Shown: one piece after another, positions 18,401 through 25,757 of the stretch | Layout: each line of letters opens with the position of its first letter | How positions within the stretch are numbered: the stretch's first letter is position 1 | IMG/VR virus record: IMGVR_UViG_2541047907_000002 | Coordinates: 1 to 47,077 of that record | Reading direction: 5' to 3' (one strand) | Source: a virus | Lineage: Duplodnaviria > Heunggongvirae > Uroviricota > Caudoviricetes | DNA length: 47,077 nt | Position numbers and translations under genes: made by a program | The notes under the pieces: generated by a model | Seen by the model: only the letters and a program-made list of their open reading frames with translations | Told to the model about the DNA's origin: nothing | Database searches by the model: none

Positions 18401-18754
18401 TTTTCAGTATATTACGGAGACTTAAGGTTTCTCTTTCAATCAGGTCTGATACGACTCGCAGGTGCAGGATTCGTTTAGAAGAACACCATGTAAACGCCCT
18501 TCAGCTCAGGGGCGTTTACCGGGAGGCATTTAATGCCATATGTGAGGTGACAAATCAGATAACACGCGCGTCATGGGAAAAAACGGTTAAGCAATTCCAT
18601 GACACTCTGGTGGTTCGGTTTGACATTGAAGAGGCATGGGCGGAGCGGCAGTTAAAAAAGGTAACCAGATAACAAGGTTGATTTTTCCGGAATCTGTGGT
18701 AAATTCACCCTAACGATGGGCGTTTTATGCCTGACGTTAGAAGAATTTTTACAG

Positions 18755-18776
18755 CCCGCCATAGAGCGGGTTTTTT
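18755..18776 (+). terminator. Intrinsic terminator, truncated copy 3 of the terminator-leader module
   Basis: Stem CCCGC/GCGGG followed by TTTTTT; next ~45 nt resemble the leaders after the terminators at 15999 and 19647. Confidence 0.4.
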
Positions 18777-18911
18777 GTGCCCGAAAAGCGGTGCATAACG
18801 TTAAACGTGATGGCGATTGTGCAATGAGTTTCTCCTGCTCTGAAGTCTCTTGACTGCATGGAATCTCCTTTGTTATGTAAGGTGAGTCAATGTTTTTAAA
18901 TTGTTAGAGAT

Positions 18912-19631
18912 ATGGGTATGGATGACAGCACTCTACTGAGGAACTCTTCACTTTTTATTGCTTATATGGGCTGTCTTGGATGGGGAAGCGCTTATTTCTA
19001 TGGATGGGGTACTTCCTTTTACTATGGCTTTCCATGGTGGGTTGTCGGGGCTGGCGTTGATGATGTGGCCCGAAGTTTGTTTTATGCAGTTACAGTTATC
19101 GTTATATTCCTTATTGGATGGGGAGTTGGTATTGTTTTCTTTTTAGGTATAAAACAAAAAAACAATATACAGAATTTGAGTTTTATCAGACTTTTTCTGG
19201 CAATATTGCTGCTTTTTATTCCACCCGTTCTGGAGTTTTCGGTAATTCATCAGTTCGTTGAGCCAGATGTACTGATTTTTTGTGTTATTGCGGCCTTTAC
19301 AATTACGCTTTTTATCAGGTCAGGAAGAAGGCTTATTTCAGTCAAATGCTTTTCGGAAGTGTCTTTTATTCGCCATCACCGAATTGAGTTTATGATGGCT
19401 GGATTCATGATTTATTTCTGGACATTTTCTCTTATTGCCGGTTGGTACAAACCCCAGTTTAAGAGGGAGTATCAGGCGATCCACTATGAGAATGTCTGGT
19501 ATTACGTTCTTGCACGCTATGATGATCGTCTGGTTTTATCTAAATCGTACAGGCACGGTAGTACGAATTTCGTTATACTTAATAGCGCAAATACAGATAA
19601 TTTTGAAATTAACATTGTCAGAGTGCGTTAA
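18912..19631 (+). CDS. Multi-pass membrane protein of unknown function
   Basis: 239 aa with several long hydrophobic segments and aromatic/Gly-rich stretches; sequence looks AT-richer than the flanking phage genes by inspection. Confidence 0.5.
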   Translation: MGMDDSTLLRNSSLFIAYMGCLGWGSAYFYGWGTSFYYGFPWWVVGAGVDDVARSLFYAVTVIVIFLIGWGVGIVFFLGIKQKNNIQNLSFIRLFLAILLLFIPPVLEFSVIHQFVEPDVLIFCVIAAFTITLFIRSGRRLISVKCFSEVSFIRHHRIEFMMAGFMIYFWTFSLIAGWYKPQFKREYQAIHYENVWYYVLARYDDRLVLSKSYRHGSTNFVILNSANTDNFEINIVRVR

Positions 19632-19790
19632 AATCTCCTGAGTAATACCCGCCGTTGAGCGGTTTTTTTTATGCTCCAAAAGCGGTGTGGTATATTAAAC
19701 GCGCTGGCGGTTGCGAATACCGGTTTTCAGCTCGCTGGCTTTTTCGACAAGATTATTGGTATGTCACGTTATCCTGAAAAGGTAAAAGAC

Positions 19791-20015
19791 ATGTTAAAAC
19801 AGCGGGATATGACAGAAACCGCCAGATTTGTGTTTAATGAGTTAAGCGTCAGCGAACCCCCGACGGTCGGGGATAGTGCGCAGAATGCTTACCTTCCACG
19901 AGAACGCTGTCAGTTACTCCTAACTCAGCTTGTCATAGCTGGGCTGATGAGTGTTAGCGGCACCTGTCAGTCATTTGCTTATGTGTTGATGAGAATTTAC
20001 TTTTTGGGGCTATAA
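19791..20015 (+). CDS. Paralog of the 65 aa small protein, with an altered C-terminus
   Basis: First ~48 residues closely match the protein at 16147-16344; an apparent ~78 bp deletion relative to copy 1 fuses the reading frame to downstream sequence; preceded by terminator-leader copy 2 (about 19647-19668). Confidence 0.4.
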   Translation: MLKQRDMTETARFVFNELSVSEPPTVGDSAQNAYLPRERCQLLLTQLVIAGLMSVSGTCQSFAYVLMRIYFLGL

Positions 20016-20051
20016 TTAAGCTAACCAATTGCTAATTAAAGTAAAATCATA

Positions 20052-20765
20052 ATGGATGTTGTCTGTTCAGTTATCATGGTTTGCTCCCCAATTAATATTT
20101 TTCTTGAAAAGGATACGTTGTCACTTAAGCCCGGCTCAATCGTTCTGGCCACCAAATGCATCAGGGAGCTTTTCCTTATGCATTATGGCAAAGTTAAAAT
20201 TGTCGATATAAGCCATTCTATAGTAAGTCAATATCTGGAAAGCCAGCATAAGCTGACAAGAGGTCCTCTGACTGACATTCCGCTTTACTTGTTGCTGGAC
20301 CCCAACAATCCTGCGTTGGCTGCGGCTTTAATTACCAGCCAGAGATTTTCCGGAGAGATCACGGATATGTTTCTTATGATGGCCTGCCTGTCGCTGTTTG
20401 AATCAGATGAACGGATGTCATTATTTTTAATTGGATGTGTATCCAGTATAAGTGTCAAAGTCAGAGCGATAATTCAAACAGATATATCAGCAAGCTGGAC
20501 GCTTGGTGCGATTGCTCTACAGTTGCATATGAGTGAGAGCTTGTTAAAGAAAAAACTCAAGGATGAAGGTCTCAGGTTCAGTAATTTGTTACTTGAGGAA
20601 CGGATGCGGGTTGCTGTAAATATGTTATGTTCCCGGCATGGATATGGACAGGCTCTAGCAGAAAAATGCGGTTATTCAAGTAGGTCCTACTTTATCTCTG
20701 TATTTCACCGCTATTATGGCTTCCCGCCAGACAGATATGTATCTATGCAAAGGCTTGATTTTTGA
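20052..20765 (+). CDS. AraC-family transcriptional regulator
   Basis: 237 aa; C-terminal double-HTH region WTLGAIALQLHMSESLLKKKLKDEG...GYSSRSYFISVFHRYYGFPPDRY typical of AraC/XylS. Confidence 0.7.
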   Translation: MDVVCSVIMVCSPINIFLEKDTLSLKPGSIVLATKCIRELFLMHYGKVKIVDISHSIVSQYLESQHKLTRGPLTDIPLYLLLDPNNPALAAALITSQRFSGEITDMFLMMACLSLFESDERMSLFLIGCVSSISVKVRAIIQTDISASWTLGAIALQLHMSESLLKKKLKDEGLRFSNLLLEERMRVAVNMLCSRHGYGQALAEKCGYSSRSYFISVFHRYYGFPPDRYVSMQRLDF

Positions 20766-20792
20766 TTTCATCTGATTACTATTTTTCGATCC

Positions 20793-20868
20793 GGCCCTTT
20801 AGCTCAGTGGTGAGAGCGAGCGACTCATAATCGCCAGGTCGCTGGTTCAAATCCAGCAAGGGCCACCA
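20793..20868 (+). tRNA. tRNA with CAU anticodon, ileX-like (Ile2/lysidine type)
   Basis: Hand-folded cloverleaf: acceptor GGCCCTT/AAGGGCC, D-stem GCTC/GAGC, anticodon loop CTCATAA, T-loop TTCAAAT, 3' CCA; very similar to E. coli ileX as recalled. Confidence 0.8.
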
Positions 20869-20869
20869 A

Positions 20870-20946
20870 CCGCCACTAGCTCATCAGGAAAGAGCATCAA
20901 CCTTCTAAGTTGACGGCGCGAGGTTCGAGTCCTCGGTGGTGGGCCA
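20870..20946 (+). tRNA. tRNA-Arg (UCU anticodon)
   Basis: Hand-folded: acceptor CCGCCAC/GTGGTGG (one G-U pair), anticodon loop CTTCTAA, T-arm CGAGG-TTCGAGT-CCTCG, 3' CCA; unusual C1 start. Confidence 0.6.
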
Positions 20947-20948
20947 GT

Positions 20949-21024
<76 letters not shown>

Positions 21025-21027
21025 TAT

Positions 21028-21102
<75 letters not shown>

Positions 21103-21449
21103 ACATTTGCAAAAGCCTTATTGCAGCACTGGCGTATTTTTTATTACGTGGGAGCAGGGAAGGCATCCTGTTCTCTGGCTAAGATTTTGGGCCAGGTTAG
21201 CCTCAGTGCTGGATTTTTTACGACAGCAGAATGGTGCATTATCGGTGGAGATTTTGTTTTTCCTGGCAGGGGCGGTGATGCATCATTCTGGTGTTGTAAA
21301 TAACACTGTCGGGGTGTTCCTCAGAGCGAGGGTGGTTAAAAGAGTCGGTTTAGCGGGAAATCACAGTATTCATACAGGACGGAATACTTCGGGAGGCACC
21401 CGACACCTCGGTTTTATTACAATTAAGAATGTATCTCTTGCATTGACCA

Positions 21450-21474
21450 ACCGCCGTATCCGGCGGTTTTTTTA
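21450..21474 (+). terminator. Intrinsic terminator downstream of the tRNA array
   Basis: Stem ACCGCCG/CGGCGGT with 4 nt loop followed by T7. Confidence 0.5.
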
Positions 21475-21633
21475 TTCGATTTCTTCATGGTTCGCTATTG
21501 TGGACCTTTTCCACGTATTTTCTGGCGGTTATTATGACGGCTTGTTTCTTTGTTCATAAGAGGATTGATGCTGTGATCTCTTATGCAGATATCAGAGCAA
21601 AACAGGCCGAAATTCTGAAGGCTGAGCAGGAAT

Positions 21634-22014
21634 ATGTTCAGCGGTTGCGGGATACAGCAAAAAAAGCTGGTCAGTGCTTATGAAGATTCTCTGGAATTGC
21701 CTGCTTCACAGTGGTGCGATATTAACGGAAAAGAACGCCCGTATGTTCATATTTTGTGGAATGGGCACAATACAAAACCTGAGGATTTGCGGGTAGAGCT
21801 TCAGGATGGTGTTGCATTTGATTTGTGGACTGTCGTTGATGATAACCCACGTCAGTCTGCAAGCATGAAGATTGGCATACAGATTCTGTTGCTTGATGGC
21901 GACAACATAACGATTTCAGTTGATGGCTATCAGGCCAGAACATTTTCGCACGTAGATACGGACGCAAAAATTAACGAGATATGCGAGTTCATCAAAGACA
22001 GTATTTTAATGTAG
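21634..22014 (+). CDS. Hypothetical protein (126 aa) upstream of the lysis cassette
   Basis: ORF between the terminator and the holin; start ambiguous because a second frame (GTG about 21573) overlaps and meets it at an A7 run (21659-21665). Confidence 0.4.
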   Translation: MFSGCGIQQKKLVSAYEDSLELPASQWCDINGKERPYVHILWNGHNTKPEDLRVELQDGVAFDLWTVVDDNPRQSASMKIGIQILLLDGDNITISVDGYQARTFSHVDTDAKINEICEFIKDSILM

Positions 22015-22261
22015 ATGAATGATGTGAAATTTGACAAAGCATCTCTTCCGAAGATAGAAGGCTGGAGTCGTAATAAAGGAATCGTTCGAAAATCTCTGAA
22101 TCATCGGGCTGCGCACTTGCGCGGCCTTTTTTATATCCGCGCCACGTCCGGCGCACATCACATCAGATAACACCACACAAAAGGTATCTGCGGGTGCCTT
22201 TGACGGGGTGTTGTTTTTTACGGGCCGACAGTGGCCCTTTTTTATTTACAGGAGAAAAAGT

Positions 22262-22654
22262 ATGTCTGAACCCTTATCCGGTTCCGGCACGGCTGCGGCG
22301 CTCGGCGGGGCGACGGTATTCGGGCTGTTTACCGGAACGGATTTCGGGATAGTGTTTGGCGCATTTGCCGGTGCACTGTTCGTGGCCACGATACCGCAAG
22401 CGCTTTCAGCCTGGCGGGTGGCAGCGCATTTTCTGGTGTCGTTTATTGTCGGCGTGCTGGGCGCGGATGTTCTGGCATCCTGGCTGGTAAAGCATACAGA
22501 GTTTAACAGTGCGCCTGTCGACGCATTGTGTGCAGTGCTGGTATCAGTGGTGTCGGTGAAGATTCTGTCGTTCATCCACCAGCAGGATATCGCATCACTG
22601 GTATCCGGCCTGTTCTCGCGCCTGCGGGGCGGAGGAGGTGGCAATGTTAAGTAA
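22262..22654 (+). CDS. Putative holin (multi-pass membrane protein)
   Basis: Start ATG 22262 preceded by AGGAGAAAAAG; 3-4 Gly-rich hydrophobic segments; directly upstream of the endolysin. Confidence 0.5.
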   Translation: MSEPLSGSGTAAALGGATVFGLFTGTDFGIVFGAFAGALFVATIPQALSAWRVAAHFLVSFIVGVLGADVLASWLVKHTEFNSAPVDALCAVLVSVVSVKILSFIHQQDIASLVSGLFSRLRGGGGGNVK

Positions 22655-22922
22655 CCTTCCCGGCTTGCTGAATGTGGCGTTATGCACGGTTATCGTGCTG
22701 ACGCTCTTTTTTTATCGTCGTCGCGATTCCAGACATAAACCACTGATGTCATGGCTGGCCTGGCTGCTGATGCTGCTTTATGCCTTTGCGCCCCTCAGTT
22801 ATCTGTGCGGACACTTCCCGCCGGGTAACTGGCTGGTGGTGTTTTTTAACCTGCTGGTCTGTGTGCTGGTGATACGCGCACGCGGGAACGTTTCAAAAAT
22901 CCTTGTATTACGAAGGCGCTGA
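22644..22922 (+). CDS. Second holin-like small membrane protein
   Basis: 93 aa with three hydrophobic segments and a basic C-terminal tail (RARGNVSKILVLRRR); GGAGGAGGTG upstream; overlaps both neighbours. Confidence 0.4.
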   Translation: MLSNLPGLLNVALCTVIVLTLFFYRRRDSRHKPLMSWLAWLLMLLYAFAPLSYLCGHFPPGNWLVVFFNLLVCVLVIRARGNVSKILVLRRR

Positions 22923-22923
22923 T

Positions 22924-23469
22924 ATGAAGTTGAAAGATGAAATTTTTGACGAAGTTCTGGGAAAAGAGGGCGGCTACGTCAATCATCCGGACGATAAAGG
23001 CGGACCGACAAAATGGGGTATTACGGAAAAAGTCGCCCGCGCTCACGGATATCGCGGCGATATGCGTGACCTGACGCGCGGGCAGGCGCTGGAAATACTC
23101 GAGGCGGATTACTGGTATGGCCCGCGATTTGACCTGGTGGCAAATCTGTCGCCGGATATTGCTGCTGAACTGTGCGACACGGGGGTGAATATGGGGCCGT
23201 CGGTGGCGACGAAGATACTTCAGCGCTGGCTGAATGTGTTCAATCAGGGCGGGAAGCTGTATCCGGATATGGATGCAGATGGACGAATCGGGCCGCGAAC
23301 CATGAATGCACTGCGTGAATACCTGCAGAAACGGGGCAGGGACGGAGAACTGGTGTTACTGAAATCGCTGAACTGCACGCAGGGTGACCGTTATCTGGAA
23401 CTGGCAGAGAAACGCGAGGCCAATGAGTCGTTTGTGTATGGCTGGATGAAAGAGCGTGTTGGTCTGTAA
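22924..23469 (+). CDS. Endolysin, glycoside hydrolase family 108 (N-acetylmuramidase) with C-terminal peptidoglycan-binding domain
   Basis: N-terminal EGGYVNHPDDKGGPTKWGIT is the GH108 signature as recalled; start ATG 22924 preceded by GAAGG. Confidence 0.75.
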   Translation: MKLKDEIFDEVLGKEGGYVNHPDDKGGPTKWGITEKVARAHGYRGDMRDLTRGQALEILEADYWYGPRFDLVANLSPDIAAELCDTGVNMGPSVATKILQRWLNVFNQGGKLYPDMDADGRIGPRTMNALREYLQKRGRDGELVLLKSLNCTQGDRYLELAEKREANESFVYGWMKERVGL

Positions 23470-23557
23470 TGCTTATCTCTGCACTCAGTAAGAACGGTTA
23501 ATCCTCTTTGCGGTTGGTGAAGTATTGGATTTACTGAAAAGAAAACCCCGACTGCCC

Positions 23558-23584
23558 GGCCCACGTAAACGTGTGGGCTTTTTC
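23558..23584 (+). terminator. Intrinsic terminator after the lysis cassette
   Basis: Stem GCCCAC/GTGGGC followed by TTTTT. Confidence 0.5.
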
Positions 23585-23728
23585 ATATCTGAATTTTTCT
23601 GCGCATCTCACGCGCATATCACAACACAGAACCTTTCAGGATGACCCTTGAGGAGCCGGCTGGCTGTCGGTGCCTTTCTGTGGGCCGGATTCCTGTGAGA
23701 CAAGGTTCATCACTAAAAGGTAATTCCG

Positions 23729-24295
23729 ATGAATATGATGACAGTGCCGTTTCACGGCGATTCTCTTTATGTGGTTAACCATAACGGCGAACCATACGTT
23801 CCCATGAAACCTGTCGTTGAGGGGATGGGGCTGGCATGGCAATCACAGTTGGCTAAGTTAAGACGGCGTTTCGCGTCAACTATAACGGAAATCGTTATGG
23901 TTGCTGAGGATGGGAAACGACGCAATATGGTGTCCCTGCCACTTCGAAAACTTGCAGGCTGGTTACAAACCATCAGTCCAAACAAAGTAAACCCCAAAAT
24001 CCGCGACAAGGTGATTCAGTATCAGGAAGAGTGTGACGATGTTCTCTACGAATACTGGACAAAGGGCGTTGTTGTTAATCCGCGTCGACTGAGCGTGATG
24101 GAAGAACTCAACCAGGCTTGCGCCGACATGAAACGGGATAAAAACATCGCCAGCCTGTTTGGTACCGGCCTGAATGAGTGGAAAACGGTAAAGGCTGCAC
24201 ACGTATCAAAAATTCGTGCGCTGGTGGATGAAGCCAATTTGTTTATTGATTTTGTGCTGGCTGGTACCGGAAAGGGAAAGGTGACGAAAACATGA
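23729..24295 (+). CDS. Antirepressor-like (Ant/P22 AR N-terminal-like) regulatory protein
   Basis: 188 aa; N-terminal region resembles phage antirepressor N-domains (tentative); AAAGG upstream of ATG. Confidence 0.45.
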   Translation: MNMMTVPFHGDSLYVVNHNGEPYVPMKPVVEGMGLAWQSQLAKLRRRFASTITEIVMVAEDGKRRNMVSLPLRKLAGWLQTISPNKVNPKIRDKVIQYQEECDDVLYEYWTKGVVVNPRRLSVMEELNQACADMKRDKNIASLFGTGLNEWKTVKAAHVSKIRALVDEANLFIDFVLAGTGKGKVTKT

Positions 24296-24474
24296 GCCAA
24301 AAACACTGGACACACAGAATGCCGCGAACGGCGGCGAAATGGGCACTGGTAGCGATACTGGTGCCTTTTTTATTGGCGGGATGCGTCAGCCTGGATAAGG
24401 CGCGCCAGATTTTCGATACAGTTTCTCTGGTCTGTGAAATTGTCGACAGTGTCCGACAGTGTATGCAGAACTGA
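24292..24474 (+). CDS. Small lipoprotein (60 aa)
   Basis: Signal-like N-terminus ending in the lipobox LLAGC; ATGA overlap with the upstream gene. Confidence 0.4.
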   Translation: MSQKHWTHRMPRTAAKWALVAILVPFLLAGCVSLDKARQIFDTVSLVCEIVDSVRQCMQN

Positions 24475-24645
24475 TCGCCTGTAGGAGCAGAATATTTTGC
24501 TGAAAAATGAAGGATGCGTCAGCGTCCGGAAAGCATGAAATTCTGTGTTTGTAGCTGCTCAATAAAATAAATTCTTTCTGTCGCCGCGAATACTCAAATG
24601 TTGATCAGCGCCCGGTGCGGCGACGGGCTTCGATATCAGGAGACG

Positions 24646-24945
24646 ATGATGGAAAAAACAGAAAACAAACCGATTGTAATTGGTGCTGATGCTGCTCCGT
24701 TTAAGTTTGAGTTGTCTCAACTGGTGGAGATGCGCATCAGTGATGAATGGGGTGAGGTTAAAGCCCGCGCGCAGTATGCGAATGGCGAAAACCAGTACTT
24801 GATCCACTACAAAGCAGCTGATGGTCGCGCCACGACGGAGTGGTTTGGTGAGTTAATGCTGGAAGCAACAGAAGATGATTGTCATCCTGGTTGTCCGGTA
24901 TTTGCTGGTATGGAATTACCGAAAGGCGCGGTCGTTACTGAGTAA
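24646..24945 (+). CDS. Hypothetical protein (about 99 aa)
   Basis: ATG 24646 preceded by AGGAGACG; no family recognised. Confidence 0.4.
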   Translation: MMEKTENKPIVIGADAAPFKFELSQLVEMRISDEWGEVKARAQYANGENQYLIHYKAADGRATTEWFGELMLEATEDDCHPGCPVFAGMELPKGAVVTE

Positions 24946-25039
24946 CGGGCATTACAGCAGCCCTTTATGGTGAGGGGCTGCGATAATGCAGGTATTAGAG
25001 TGTGCGTAAATGATAATTGCTCCTATTTCCGCGGGTCCT

Positions 25040-25110
25040 TTCCAGAACCTGAAACACCGGGGGTAGGCATACGCGCAAAAACGCGCTATTTATGAAAATT
25101 TTCCGGGATC
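25040..25110. other. Lambda-type cos region (cosN/cosB-proximal sequence)
   Basis: CGCTATTTATGAAAATTTTCCGG (25083-25105) matches the sequence just right of cosN in phage lambda as recalled; lies ~140 bp upstream of a Nu1-like small terminase gene. Confidence 0.4.
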
Positions 25111-25247
25111 CACTTCCGGTTTTTAATTATCTAACCAATTGATTAGATTGTTTTTAGTTATCAAAAAAAACGGAAGTCCGACCAGTTGGTGGGAAGAATG
25201 GCGGTCAAAACGGAGTTGAGTGTAAAGTGAACAGCTAAAGAGGGTGT

Positions 25248-25757
25248 ATGGCAACGCAGGCGGAGGTGGCCGAGCATCTTGGTATAACTGAACGCTGGTT
25301 GCGGGATCTTCAGAAGCACCCGGGAGCGCCAAAAAATCGAAAGCGTGGTGAATACGATATTGATGCCTGGCGATATTTTTATATTTCATACCTTAAACGC
25401 AAAGGAAGAAGCGATACTGATGACGATGGAAATAGCGATTACGAAGAAAAATTACTTATTGCCAGATGGAAATTGACTGAAGAACAGGCAATAGCGCAGC
25501 AACTAAAAAATCAGGTAACCGAAGGCAAGCTCATTGATTCAGGGTTCTGCGTTTTCGCCCTCAGCAAACTGGCGATGGCATTGTCCAGTACGCTTGATTC
25601 CATTCCTTTATCCATGCAGCGACAGTTCCCGGATTTAACCCCGCGCCATATTGATCATCTGAAAACCCTTATCGCAAAGGGAGCGAATCAGTGTGCGCGG
25701 GCAGGGGATAAATTGCCGGAGTTACTCGATGAATATATCCGAACAACAGCTGAATAA
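25248..25757 (+). CDS. Terminase small subunit, lambda Nu1-like
   Basis: N-terminal HTH (QAEVAEHLGITERWLRDL) and C-terminal FCVFALSKLAMALSSTLDSIPLSMQRQFPDL closely parallel lambda Nu1 as recalled. Confidence 0.75.
   Translation: MATQAEVAEHLGITERWLRDLQKHPGAPKNRKRGEYDIDAWRYFYISYLKRKGRSDTDDDGNSDYEEKLLIARWKLTEEQAIAQQLKNQVTEGKLIDSGFCVFALSKLAMALSSTLDSIPLSMQRQFPDLTPRHIDHLKTLIAKGANQCARAGDKLPELLDEYIRTTAE

Noticed and set aside
18346-18672. 108 aa plus-strand ORF overlapping the terminator of candidate small RNA unit B
   Set aside because: Its start lies inside the terminator hairpin and T-run of unit B and there is no ribosome-binding site. It is not listed as a gene, but it could be real, which would change the interpretation of unit B's 3' end.
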